Shown here: one piece after another, positions 33,833 through 46,559 of the stretch
How positions within the stretch are numbered: position 1 is the first letter of the stretch
Layout of the letters: each line of letters opens with the position of its first letter
Origin: Squalus acanthias
Lineage: Eukaryota
Direction of reading: 5' to 3'
Assembly: GCA_030390025.1 (NCBI GenBank)
Contig: CM059432.1
Location: 12,028,001-12,092,000 of the forward strand
DNA length: 64,000 nt
The notes under the pieces: generated by a model
The model's database searches: none
Told to the model about the DNA's origin: nothing
What the model saw: only the letters and a program-made list of their open reading frames with translations
Program-made: the position numbers and the translations under genes

Positions 33833-35005
33833 TAGGAACAGGAGTAGGACATTCAGCCCCTCGAGCCTGCTTCAACATCCAATTACATCGTGGCTGATCT
33901 GTATCTCAACTCCATCCACCTGCCTTGGTTCCATAACGCTTAATACCCTTGCCTGGAGAAGCATCTGGGAAGGCGCCAAACACCTCGAGTCTCTTCACCG
34001 GGAGCAAGCAGAAGCCCAGCGCAAGGAGTGCACGTCAACCCAAGCACCCCACCCACCCCTCCCCCCCTTCAACCACCATCTGCCCCACCTGTGACAGAGA
34101 CTGCAGGTCCCGCATTGGACTCATCAGTCACCTGAGAACTCATTTTTAATGTGGAAGCAAGTCATCCTCGGTTCCGAGGGACTGCCTAAGAAGAAGAAGA
34201 CCCTTGCCTAACAAAAACCTATCCATCACAGTTTTGAAATTTTCAATTGACCCCTCCAGCCTCAACAGCTTTTTTGGGGGAGAGAGTTCCAGATTTCCAC
34301 TACCCTCTGTGTGAAGAAGTGCTTCCTGACATCACCCCTGAACGGCCTGGCTCTAATTTTAAGGTTACGCCCCCTTGTGCTGAACTCCCCCCCACCAGAG
34401 GAAATAGTTTCTCTCTCTCTACCCTATCAAATCCTTTCATCATCTCAAACACCTCAATTAGATCACTCCTTAAGCTTCTATATTCAAGGGAATTGTAGCC
34501 TAGTCCAAGCAACCTGGCCTCATAACCAGTATCATTCTGGTGAATCTGCGCTGCACCCCCTCCAAGGCCTGTATCTCCTTCCTGGGGTGCAGTGCCCAGA
34601 ACTGAACGCAGTGTCCAGATGGGGTCTAACCAGAGCTTTATACAACTGTGACAAAACTTTCACCCTTTGTATTCCAGCCCCTTTGAGATAACGGCCACCA
34701 TTCCATTAACCTTTTTATTATATTTTGCACCTGTCCATTAGTTTTTAGTGATTTCTGTACTTGGGCCCCTAAATCTCTCTGCTCCTCCATAGTTCCCAGC
34801 TTCTCGCCATTTAGAAAATACTCTGATCTGTCTTTCTTGTGGATGACCTCACACTTCCCTACATTGAGCTCCATCTGCCACAGTTTTGCCCACTCACTCG
34901 ATCACTCAATGTCCCTTTGCAGCTTTCCGCTCCCATCTACACGGTGTACTGAGCCACCTGAGCTTAGTGTCGTCAGCAAACTTAGATATAGGGCTCTCTA
35001 TTCCT
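33833..35005 (-). mobile_element. Decayed CR1 LINE 3' portion
   Basis: FADDTKL-region and KCEVIH motifs on the - strand; 3' UTR at 33833-33950. Confidence 0.75.
33955..34200 (+). mobile_element. RTE-like LINE 3' fragment
   Basis: C-terminal CCHH finger CPTCDRDCRSRIGLISHLRTH; (AAG)n tail; TSD CCCTTGCCT (33946-33954 and 34201-34209). Confidence 0.8.
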
Positions 35006-37483
35006 TATGAGTAACTATTTATGAGAGCGCACTGGCAGTGAGTGTTGACGTAGGATTTGATAGTAGGACGTATCACAGCTGCGTCCCATCCTGTTCTCAC
35101 CCAACACAGACACACAAACACACATAGGCACTTTCAGCGGGAGGCCACTGGATAACGATCAGGAACCTCAGCACAGACTGGGTTTCAAACACGAGATGTT
35201 CCTGATCTGTGTATACAGCTACTCCATCGATAAACTCACCAAACCAGCATTTATTCCATTGTAGATCCAGACCCACGCCGGCCCTTGACGTGCCCGGGTA
35301 TCACTTGAGCTTGACTGAGCCACCAAAGCTTCTGCATATTACAAATACTTAAGAGATCAACAGGAATAATAGAATGATACAGCACAGAAGGAGGCCATTT
35401 GGCCCATTGTACCTGTGCCGGCTCTTTGAAAGAGCTCTCTAATTAGTTCCACTCCCCCTGCTCTTTCCCTATAGCCCTGCAAATTTCAGGCAGTGTATTC
35501 CAGATCATCATAACACGCTGCATAAAAAAAAAATCCTCATGTTGTCTCTGTAGTTCTTTTGCCAATCACCTTAAATCTGTGGCCTCTGGTTACCGACCCT
35601 TCTGCCACTGGAAACAGTTTCTCCTTATTTACTCTATCAAAACCCTTCATGATTTTCTTCACCTCTATCAAATCTCCTCCTAACCGTCTCTGCTCTGAGG
35701 AGAACAAAATATATAACCAACAAAGGAGACAAAAACACACGTACACTGTTCCAAGGCCTACAGGTCACACAAACCGTGCTTCCGGTGGTAGAGACAACCA
35801 TTTTAAAAGTTACTTTACCAGGACAATGTGGAATTTAACCTCTTGATGCTCAGTTCCCCTCCAAGTCACACACCATCCTGACTTAGAAGTATATCGCCGT
35901 TCCTTCATTGTCACTGGGTCAAAATCCTGGAACTCCCTCCCTAACAGCACTGTGGGAGCACCTTCACCACACGGGCTGCAGCGGTTCAAGAAGGCGGCTC
36001 ACCACCACCTTCTCAAGGGCAGTTAGGGATGGGCAATAAATGCCGGCCTTGCCAGCGATGCCCACATGCCGTGAGTGAATAAAGGTCATCATTCCAAGTT
36101 TTAGAGACTTAAGATATTTTAAGCTGCAAAATCTTTCATTAATTGAACTGGTTAAGACACTTTTCATCCAGATTCTGAAATACCAAAGAGTAGAGTTGTG
36201 TATCCAAATGAACATAAGAAATAGGAGCAGGAGTCGGCCATACGGCCCCTCGAGCCTGCTCCGCCATTCAATAAGATCGTGGCTGATCTTCCACCTCAAC
36301 TTCACTTTCCCGCCCGATCCTCACATCCCTTGATTCCCCTCAGAATCCAAATGAGTTTGAGATACGAAACAAAACAAAAATTTAAAGCCGTTTATTAATG
36401 AACAGTTCAGTTAAATTTTATTTCTATGCCAACATTTGCATTTTCAGTAAACTTAACAAAACCCTGAAATATAAGATATTTTTAAAAATAGGATTTTTAT
36501 TTTTTTCTAAAGTAGTCTGAGCAGCTCTCGCTCTGTGCTCACACGACTGACTGACTGTTGGACCTTGCAGTGAAAACTGCTGCATTCGACGGTGATTAAA
36601 ATGAAAAATTAGGTACAAAAATATTTGGTTTGGATTCAAACCTTTTGGGGGGTGAAACGGATCTTTGGCGGTAATGCGCCAGGGGCCTGTTCAGACCCCG
36701 CCCAATGTTCATTCCCATTGATAACGGGCTGCTGGTTGGTTATCGCCCGTGTTGCTCTCCCACCGAAGACCCATGTTACCCCATTTAAATCCGATTCAAC
36801 CAGTTTTCGCAAACCAAAACACGTAGACGGCCATGCCACTAAACAGTTTAAGTGGGGAAAAAAAACTTCATTTTCTCCATCAGTAATGAATACTTTTAGG
36901 AGTTGTCGAAATGGGATAAAAGGTGGGAGATTAATCTGGGAAATAAACCTTAAAAGTGATCTGTTATATAATATAGATTTTTGAAATACTTTCACTGAAA
37001 TTTTACAGCCTCGCAGTCTTATTCCCAGCCTCCTGCACTGTCCCATCCCGTGTCAGTAAGTTACTCCGTCAGCTCCAGCCTAGTAAATTTGAACAGACTA
37101 TCCTGCCCGTTGGGATCAGGCGCAACGCTGGATTTACACCCAGCCTGATTTTACTTTCCATTGAAGTCAGTGTAAAACCGGCATTCAACCCGATCCCCGC
37201 GGGTCCCTCCACCCTCGCCCCACAGCGAGTTCCATTCATCAGTCTGTCCAAACATTAAGTGATAACAGTAGAAAATTAGACCAGCACAACTCATATTATA
37301 GAAGACGCACACTGTTGATTCTTGCAGCGAGAGCGAGACGTTATTCGACCAGTTCGCTGGGTTTTTTTTTTGCAGCACAGGGGTGCAGTGAGGACATCGT
37401 GGCAGCTCGTCACTGTGATCTGTTTTAAAATTCGACAGCGTGACTCCGCTACGGTTCCGCCAGCGGGTGCGCCGAACTTGCCC

Positions 37484-37626
37484 TTACTTGAACAGCGAGT
37501 CATTTGCGCCTTCGATGCCGTCATCCCGCTCGTACGCCACTGGCTGCAGCTCCTGGACAATCTGGCGAGCCATCTCGGAGGTGCCAGCAGCCACCACCCT
37601 ACGGGACATGAGGTCCAGCGGTCCTC
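37484..37626 (-). CDS. IMPA2: Inositol monophosphatase (IMPA2-like) terminal coding exon
   Basis: ttctag| GGPLDLMSRRVVAAGTSEMARQIVQELQPVAYERDDGIEGANDSLFK*; paralogue assignment tentative. Confidence 0.9.
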
Positions 37627-37753
37627 CTAGAAACGAGATAACCACAACTGAAGTCGGCTCTGTAAACGTAGGCTCAATCCATATAAAAACTGGATGTTGC
37701 AAGCTTTGACAAGACTACACTGGTACAAGTATCAACCATTGTTTGCTCAGTCT

Positions 37754-38225
37754 CAGCCGTGGCTCAGTGGGTAGCACCCTCGCCTCTGAGTCAGAAGGTT
37801 GTGGGTTCAAGTCCCACTCCAGGGACTTGAGCACATAAAGCTAGGCTGACACTCCCAGTGCAGTGCTGAGGGAGTGCTGCACTGTCGGAGGTGCAGTCTT
37901 TTGGATGAGACGTTAAATTGAGGCCCCGTCTGCTCTCTCAGGTGGACGTAAAAGATCCCAAGGTGCTATTTTCGAAGACGAGCAGGGGAGTTCTCCCCGG
38001 TGTCTTGGCCAATATTTATCCCCCCAACCAACATCACTAAAACAGATGATCTGGTCATTATCACATTGCTGTTTGTGGGAGCTTGCTGTGCGCAAATTGG
38101 CTGCCGCGTTTCCCACATTACAACAGTGACTCCACTTTAAAAAGTACTTCATTGAGACATCCAGTGGTTGTGAAAGGCGCTATATATATATATATATATA
38201 TATGCAAGTCTTTTTTTCTTTTTCT
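37754..38225 (+). mobile_element. Full-length DeuSINE (SacSINE1-like)
   Basis: tRNA head (gtggctcagtgg..ggttcaagtccc), Deu-like core (gatgagacgttaaa..gaggccccgtc), L2-type tail with expanded (TA)n; inverted truncated copy at about 38277-38590. Confidence 0.8.
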
Positions 38226-39324
38226 TTCAATAACACTCAACTTAATCTCAATGACTTCCACAAAGCAATTAAAAAGAAAGAAAGCCTTGCATTTATATAG
38301 CGCCTTTCACGACCACCGCACGTCCCAAAGCGATTTACAGCCAATGAAGTACTTTTTGAAGTCTAGTCACTGTTGTAGAAAACGCGGCAGCCAATTTGCG
38401 CACAGCAAGCTCCCACAAACAGCAATGTGATAATGACAAGATAATCTGTTTTTTTTAGTGATGTTGATTGAGGGATAAATATTGGCCCCAGGTCACCGGG
38501 GAGAACTCCCCCTGCTCTTCTGCGAAATAGTGCCACAGGATCTTTGACGACCACCTGAGAGAGCGGATGGGGGCCTCGGTTTAACGTCTAATGACATCAA
38601 GAATAGAAAAACTGAGAAGGGGTGAAGAAGAAAAAGATGCAAAAGTTACTGCTGCCCATGGACGGAAAGTGACCTGGGTCAAGGATTTGAGCGTATGTTG
38701 GCTACGTACCCATGACGGTATGCATCCCATTCTCTCCATTCTGCTTTTATCCCTCTGCTCGTTCTTCCCACAAGTCACCCAAGAGCCAGCAGTCTACTCT
38801 CAAAGTGGCACAGTTCACTTCTTCGGCAGGTCTGAGGGTGAAAGCCCGCACCCTTGTGTGCTCACCGACACTCAGTTCAGGTTCCGCTGCAATCACTCGG
38901 GCCCCAGACCTCAACATGGCCTTGACACAGACGTGGGCATAAGAGCTGACTACTGGAGGAGAAGATGTGAGAGAGAGCAGCTGCCCTCGACATCGAGGCA
39001 GCATTTGGCCAAGTATGGCGCCGCCTAGTAAAACTGACGTCAATGGGGGTCAAAGGGAAATCCCGCCAATGGCTGGAGTCATACCCGATACAAAGGAAGA
39101 TGCTTGTAGGTGGAAACTAATCGCTTTGCTTTAAGTGTCTCCAACCAAACTATTGAGAAATCCAAACAGATAGGTTTTTTTGTTTGCCCTACATGAAGGT
39201 CAGACATAGTCCCCATAGAGACACTTACCACTTCCCCAAATCTAGAGACCTTAAGCACACCTTGGCCGAGCTAAAGCTGAAGGAATTTCCAGTGTGCACA
39301 GGTGTACTGCTGCAGTTTAACCAG

Positions 39325-39930
39325 TCAGTACAAAGAAGGTTCACTCGGTTAATCCCGGGGATGAGGGGGTGGACATATGAGGAGAGGTTGAGTAGATTGG
39401 GACTCTACTCATTGGAGTTCAGAAGAATGAGAGGCGATCTTATTGAAACATATAAGATTGTGAAGGGGCTTGATCAGGTGGATGCGGTAAGGATGTTCCC
39501 AAGGATGGGTGAAACTAGAACTAGGGGGCGTAATCTTAGAATAAGGGGCTGCTCTTTCAAAACTGAGATGAGGAGAAACTTCTTCACTCAGAGGGTAGTA
39601 GGTCTGTGGAATTCGCTGCCCCAGGAAGCTGTGGAAGCTACATCATTAAATAAATTTAAAACAGAAATAGACAGTTTCCTAGAAGTAAAGGGAATTAGGG
39701 GTTACGGGGAGCGGGCAGGAAATTGGACATGAGGCTGAGTTCGGATCGGTCGAGGCCCTGTGGGTGGCGGAGCGGGCCCAGGGGCTGAGTGGCCGGGTCC
39801 TGCTCCTACTTCTTGTGTTCTTTAGATTTGAGGTTAGGATCAGATCAGCCATGATCTTATTGAATGGCGGAGCAGGCTCGAGGGGCCGATTGGCCTACTC
39901 CTGCCCCTATTTCTTATGTTCTTATGTTCT
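39325..39930 (+). mobile_element. CR1 3' fragment with a doubled 3' UTR
   Basis: RT C-terminus to 39732, then two successive tail modules. Confidence 0.8.
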
Positions 39931-40266
39931 TAAAACAATACAGCCTATTAACAGAGAGCATTAGTAAGCTTCCTGCTGGTGGTCCAGCTAAGACCACCCT
40001 ACTCATTAGGACATTGGCTTACAGGGTTATCTGGAGCCAAGTGGAAAGAGTCCCAGCCACCTTACTGACAGGTCTTCTCCTGCAGGTTCCATTAATGGAA
40101 CTGATTTGAAGCTAACCTGTCGAGTCATGATTGTCCCAGTGAAGTATCCAATCACAGGAAGAGTTCAGCTTGCTAACCGTTAAAGGTCATTCGAGGGAGA
40201 TGTATTTGGAGCTTCACTGCATTGCACATGGGAATGGAGGGATACGGGTTGGATCTGAGACTCACT

Positions 40267-40936
40267 GGGCTGGATATTAACTCGGAGGCGGGGTGGGAGT
40301 GGGCTGGGGTGCTGCTTTGAGGTTGGAAAACCCAGAAGAACGGGTTTCCCTCAGGTCCTGCCCGAATTTGACAGCAGGACCTGATTAGCACTTTTTGTCT
40401 CCGTTTCCCAGCCACAGCCAGCCAGATGGAGAGGCTGGCTGGCTGGCTGTTGGTCAGGTAGGCCTTCGGCACCAGGCCGCAGCCGGGGAGTGGAGGGGAG
40501 CAGAGAGGAGGGAGGGAGGGATCGGAGGCCTCGTGGTGGAGAGCAGAAGAGTTGTGGAGGAGATCGGAAGGGTGGGGGTGGGGGGGGGGGTTCCGATCGT
40601 GGGGAGTGGGTGAAGCAGGTAAACTGGATCCAGCAGGTAAGTGGAAAGGCACTTACCTGCTGGATCCAGCAGTCCTCGCCTCCCTTTAGCCGCCGGGTTT
40701 CCCCGAGGCCCAGAAAACTCGGCTGGCTCGGTTTAAATTGAAAATGGTGGTTAAATATGAGCCTCATAATATTTAAATTGCCAATGCGCCTCCTGAGAGC
40801 GGGTTGGTTGCCCATTCCCTGTCCCGCCTCCGTTAAAACTGCAACTGGACGTGTTGGGGTTGGGATTCAGATTTTTAACATTTTAACATCCCACCCGACC
40901 CAAACTCGCCCATTTTTGGGGCTTAAAATTCCCCCC
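40267..40936. mobile_element. Harbinger-like MITE
   Basis: 3-bp TSD ACT (40264-40266 and 40937-40939); imperfect TIR GGGCTGGATATT / AAAATTCCCCCC. Confidence 0.65.
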
Positions 40937-41039
40937 ACTGTATCACTCAGTTGCTGATCTCAGCTGTGGCACTGCGAGAGGCGTCTAGCGGAGGGAATCT
41001 CATCACTAGGCTGTTGTTCACGGTGCAGCTCTTACGGGC

Positions 41040-44000
41040 TGGCTCTTCGGGGGGGGTTTAAACTAATTTGTCAGGGGGATGGGAAAAAGGGCTGTAGTCC
41101 ACGAGCCAGTGGTGAGTGTAGGGAGGTACTGAGGAGGGTATCAAGGTCGCAGGAATATACCGGCAGACAGGAAGATGGCTTGAAGTGTGTCTACTTCAAT
41201 GCAAGGAGCATCCGGAATAAGGTAGGAGAACTTGGAGCGTGGATTGGTAATTGGGACTACGATGTGGTGGCCATTACGGAGACATGGTTAGAACAGGGAC
41301 AGGAATGGTTGTTGGAAGTTCCGGGGTATAGATGTTTCAGTAAGAGTAGGGAAGTTGGTAAGAAAGGTGGAGGAGTAGCATTGTTAATCAAGGATAGTTT
41401 AACAGCGGCAGAAAGGCAGTTCGAGGGGGATCTGCCGTCTGAGGTAATATGGGCTGAAGTTAGAAATAGGAAAGGAGCGGTCACGTTGTTAGGAGTTTTC
41501 TACAGGCCCCCAAATAGTAATAGAGATGTGGAGGAAGAAATTGCAAAGCAGATTATGAATAGGTGTGGAGGTCACAGAGTAGTTGTCATGGGTGACTTCA
41601 ACTTTCCAAATATTGATTGGAACCTTTATAGGTCAAACAGTTCGGATGGGATAGTTTTTGCACAGTGTGTGCAGGAGGGTTTCCTGACACAATATGTGGA
41701 TAGGCCGACAAGAGGTGGGGCCACGTTGGATTTGGTACTGGGTAATGAACCGGGCCAAGTGTTTGATTTGTATATGGGAGAGCACTTTGGAGATAGTGAC
41801 CACAATTCGGTAACTTTCACTATTGCAATGGAGAGGGATAGGGCCATACGGCAGGGCAGGGTTTATAATTGGGGGAGGGGTAATTATGATGCGATTAGGC
41901 AAGAATTAGGGAGTATAAGATGGGAACAGAAACGATCAGGGAAAGGCACAAACGAAAAGTGGAGCTTTTTCATGGAGCAATTACTGCGTGTCCTTGATAG
42001 GTATGTCCCTGTCAGGCAGGGAGGAAATGGCCGAGTGAGAGAACCATGGTTCACAAAAGAGGTTGAATGTCTAGTCAAGAGGAAAAAGGAAGCGTATGTA
42101 AGGATGAGAAAACAAGGTTCAGTTGGGTCGATTGAGGGGTACAAGGTAACAAGGAATGAGCTAAAAAAAGAGCTTAGGAGAGCTAGGAGGGGGCATGAGA
42201 AGTCCTTGGCGGGTTGGATCAAGAAAAACCCCAAGGCCTTTTACTCTTATGTGAGAAATAAAAGAATGACTAGGGTGAGGGTAGGGCCGGTCAAGGACAG
42301 TAGTGGGAACTTGTGCATGGAGTCAGAAGAGATAGGAGAGGTGATGAATGAATACTTTTCGTCAGTGTTCACCGAGGAGAGGGGCCATGTTCTTGAGGAT
42401 GAGAGTGTGATAAAGGTGGATAGGCTGGAGGTGGTAGATGTTCTGAGGTAAGATGTTTTAGCAATTTTGAAGAACCTGAGGGTCGATAAGTCCCCTGGGC
42501 CAGATGGGATATATCCTAGGATTCTTTGGGAGGCAAGGGAGGAGATTGCAGAGCCTCTGGCTTTGATCTTTGGGTCCTCACTGTCCACGGGGATGGTGCC
42601 AGAGGACTGGAGAGTGCCGAATGTTGTTCCTCTCTTCAAGAAAGGAAATAGGAATGACCCTGGTAATTATAGGCCGGTTAGTCTTACTTCGGTGGTTGGT
42701 AAGATAATGGAAAAGGTCCTGAGGGATAGGATTTATGACCATTTGGAAAGGGGCAACTTAATCAGGGATAGTCAACACGGATTCGTGAAGGGTAAGTCTT
42801 GCCTATCAAATTTGATTGAATTCTTTGAGGAGGTAACTAAGTGTGTAGATGAAGGTAGAGCAGTTGATGTCGTATACATGGATTTTAGTAAGGCGTTTGA
42901 TAAGGTTCCCCATGGTCGTCTCATGAAGAAAGTAAGGAGTTGTGGGATAGAGGGAAATTTGGCCGATTGGATAAGTAACTGGCTATCTCATAGAAGGCAG
43001 AGGGTGGTGGTGGATGGAACATTTTCGGACTGGAGACCAGTTACCAGCGGTGTGCCACAGGGGTCGGTGCTGGGTCCTCTGCTGTTTGTGATTTTTATCA
43101 ATGACTTGGAGGAGGGAACTGAAGGGTGGATCAGTAAATTTGCTGATGACACCAAGATTGGTGGAGCAGTGGATGAGGTGGAGGGCAGTTGTAGGCTGCA
43201 AAGAGACATTGATAGGATGCAGAGCTGGGCCGAAAAATGGCAGATGGAATTTAACCCTGATAAGTGCGAGGTGATTCATTTTGGTAGGGCAAATTTGAAT
43301 AAGGATTACAGGGTCAACGGCAGGGTTCTGAGGAACGTGGAGGAGCAGAGGGATCTGGGGGTTCATATCCACAGATCTCTGAAGGTTGCCACTCAAGTGG
43401 ATAGAGCAGTAAAGAAGGCCTATGGTGTGTTGGCGTTTATTAACAGAGGGTTTGAGTTTAAGAACCGTGAGGTTATGCTGCAACTGTACAGGACCTTGGT
43501 GAGACCACATTTGGAATATTGTGTGCAGTTCTGGTCACCTCACTATAGGAAGGACGTGGAAGCATTGGAAAGAGTGCAAAGGAGATTTACCAGGATGCTG
43601 CCTGGTTTGGGGGGGGAGGTCTTATGAGGAAAGATTGAAGGAGTTGGGGCTTTTCTCTTTAGAGCGGAGGAGGATGAGAGGCGACTTAATAGAGGTTTAT
43701 AAGATGATGAGGGGGATAGATAGAGTGGATGTTCAGAGACTATTTCCTCGGGTAGAGGCAGCTGTTACAAGGGGGCATAACTATAAGGTGCATGGGGGGA
43801 GATATAGAAGGGATGTCCGAGGTAGATTCTTTACTCAGAGAGTGGTTGGGGTGTGGAATGGACTGCCTGCTGTGATAGTGGAGTCGGTCACTTTAGGAAC
43901 TTTCAAGCGGTTATTGGATAAGCACATGGAGCACACCAGAGTGATAGGGAGTGTGATAGCTTGATCTTGGTCTCGGACAATGCTCGGCACAACATCGAGG

Positions 44001-44047
44001 GCCGAAGGGCCTGTACTGTGCTGTACTGTTCTATGTTCTATGTTCTA
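41040..44047 (+). mobile_element. CR1 LINE with complete ORF2 (APE endonuclease plus RT), inactivated
   Basis: FNARS, ITETW, MGDFN, SDHN, PQGSVLGP, FADDTK; in-frame TAA at 42449-42451; frameshift in a poly-G near 43610; (GTTCTAT)n tail. Confidence 0.95.
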
Positions 44048-44164
44048 AAAGCAGCACTAGGAGGGCGACCTGGGAATAGGTCCACCTACTTTCAGTTGTG
44101 TGAGAGCCAGGGATATCAGAAACCAGGTAGGTGAGAAAACACCGTAAAAAGATACACTCAGAAA

Positions 44165-44630
44165 AAATAAAAAGGCTTGCATTGATATAGCACCTTTCAC
44201 GACCACCGGACGTCCCAAAGTGCTTTACAGCCAATGAAGTACTTTTGGAGTGTAGTCACTGTTGTAATGTAGGAAACATGGCTGCCAACTTGGCGCACAG
44301 CAAGCTCCCACAAATAGCAATGTGATAATGACCAGATAATCTGTTTTAGTGATGTTGATTGAGGGATAAATATTGGCCAGGACACCGGGGATAACTCACC
44401 TGCTCTTCTTCAAAATAGCGCCATGGCATTTTTTACGTCCACCTGAGAGCGCAGACGGGGCCTCGGTTTAACATCTCATCCGAAAGACGGCACCTCTGAC
44501 AGTGCAGCACTCCCTCAGCGCTGCACTGGGAGTGTCAGCCTAGATTTTTGTGCTCAAGTCCCTGGAGTGGGACTTGAACCCACAACCTTCTGACTCAGAG
44601 GCGAGGGTGCTACCCACTGAGCCACAGCTG
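44165..44630 (-). mobile_element. Full-length DeuSINE (SacSINE1-like)
   Basis: Reverse complement of the 37754 copy. Confidence 0.8.
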
Positions 44631-44819
44631 ACACATTCACAGCCGGCTAACCTGGTAAAACAGACTTAATTGGACTTTGAGATTGGGATGGGAATGCTCC
44701 AAGATGCAAACCCTATAGGAAACAAATAGCCGGTCGGATTCTCGGATGGATGTGATCCCATATTCAGGTAAAAATGAAGTGCCATTAATTGACAGAATCT
44801 AATAGTCAGCAACTCCTAC

Positions 44820-44971
44820 CTGCTGTGTCCATCATGATCCCACCAGCCTCCCTTACAATGACAGCTGCAGCAGCCATGTCCCAGCAGTGCAGGCCAAACT
44901 GGTAAAAGGCCTCTACATCACCGGTCGCCACATGGCACAGATCAAGAGCAGCACTTCCTATTATCCTGATC
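44820..44971 (-). CDS. IMPA2: IMPA2-like exon (152 bp)
   Basis: cctag| IRIIGSAALDLCHVATGDVEAFYQFGLHCWDMAAAAVIVREAGGIMMDTA |gtagga; WD motif. Confidence 0.95.
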
Positions 44972-45294
44972 CTAGGAATCAGAGAAAAAGCATTAAATAA
45001 AAGCAGTGGAATTACAGCCAACAATCTGCACTAATGAGATTGCCTACGCTGCCCACTAGACTTCAAGGACCATTATTCTTACTTTAAAGTTATTGGTAAA
45101 TTGAAGGCTCCCTTCCTTTCATATTTGTAGGGTATTTGAGATGCTCTCCTGTGTGTATAGACTTGTTCAGCTGACTACCCACAATTTCAAACCACTGGGT
45201 TGCGAGCTGGGATCTTAAGAAGATGCAGGTTATATGTTGGGATGAGGTTGTTTCTGAAAATTAAGTCACTGGCCTCCATGAAGTCACATAACTC

Positions 45295-46350
45295 AACAAA
45301 CAACAACGATCTGCATTTATATGGCGCCTTTAACATCGAAAAAAATCATCCCAAAGCCTTCGCAGAAGTGTAATCAGAGAAAACTCGTCACCGAGATCGA
45401 GAAGGAAATTTTCGGAGGGGTGACTGAAAGCGTTGCTCAAACAGGTGGGTTTTAAGGAAGGTCTTCAAGGAGGAGAGGGAGTTGGAGATTCATAAAGGTT
45501 TAGGGCAAGAATTCCAGAGTTTAGGCTGAAGGCACGGCCGCCAATGATCAGGCAATGGGAGTGGGGGGGATGCACAGGAGGTCAGAGTTGGAAGAATGCA
45601 GAGTTCTCGGAGGGTTGTCGGCAATGTTCCTTTAATTTTTTTGGGGATGCGCGACCCCCCGTAAGGGGCTGCACGGCCCATTCAAAATACCGCGCGTGCG
45701 TTTTTTCCCATTTAAAAGCCGGTGAGCCGGCTGCACGGGAGCTGCAGAACGCACGGCGCAGCCGCGCAGCTGAAAGGGAACATTGGCTGTCGGGGCTGGA
45801 GAAGGTTACAGAGATAGGGAGGGGCGAGGCCATGGGGGGATTTGAACAGGAGGATGAGCATTTGACATCTGAAGCGTTGAGGTACTGGGAGCCACTGTAG
45901 ATCAGTGAGCCCACTGGTGATAAGCGAGCGGTACTTGTTGCAGGTTCCGATACAGGCAGCAGAATGTTTGATGAGCTGAAGTTTGTGGAGGGCGGAGGGA
46001 GGGAGGCCGGCCAGGTGAGCGCTGGCATCGTCAAGTCTGGAGGGGACGAAGGGTTTTTGGAAGCAGGAGATGCTCTGGCTACGACCTTCGAGACGAGTAG
46101 AACTAAGCGAAGGCAGTCCGACCAAGCTGCACCTTGGAGGAGAGAGGCGTTGGAGGAGGGAGAGCGCACCACGGTCACAGCCACACAGGAGGTCATTTGC
46201 GACTTTGATTAGGGCCGTTTCAGAGCAGTGGCACGGGCACAGTTTTTGAGAGGTTCTAACACAAGAGTTGCAGGAAAGGTGGGCACAGATTTGGGAGGTG
46301 ACAACACGTTCAACGACTTTGGAGAGGAAAGGGCGGTTGGAGATGCGGTG
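45295..46350 (-). mobile_element. Decayed L2 LINE 3' portion with internal deletions
   Basis: ISNRPFLSKVVERVV, HCSETALIKVANDLL, LQWLPV, FKSPHGLAPPYL; L2 tail at the left end. Confidence 0.8.
45622..45785. mobile_element. hAT-type MITE (164 bp)
   Basis: TIR CAATGTTCC / GGAACATTG; 8-bp TSD GTTGTCGG / GCTGTCGG. Confidence 0.8.
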
Positions 46351-46559
46351 GATATCGAGGCGAGCAATTCCGAAAGCAAATGGTATGTTGGCCTTTATAA
46401 GAACATAAGAAATAGGAGCAGGAGTCGGCCATTTGGCTCTTCGAGCCTGTTCCGCCATTCAATAAGATCATGGCTGATCTTCTACCTCAACTCCACTTTC
46501 CTGCACTATCCCCATATCCTTGATTGGCTTAATATTCAAAAATCTATCGATTTAAAATC

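Noticed and set aside
37754..37830. tRNA genes (also near 17800, 31150 and 44600)
   Set aside because: A/B-box heads run directly into SINE bodies; they are SINE heads, not standalone tRNAs.
40651..40660. U1 snRNA-like ACTTACCTG (also near 17417 and 52980)
   Set aside because: Only the 9-mer is present, inside MITE-like repeats; more likely a reverse-strand splice-donor remnant.
42983..43510. Antisense ORFs over CR1 and Gypsy coding regions (many in the ORF track)
   Set aside because: Shadow frames of retroelement ORFs.
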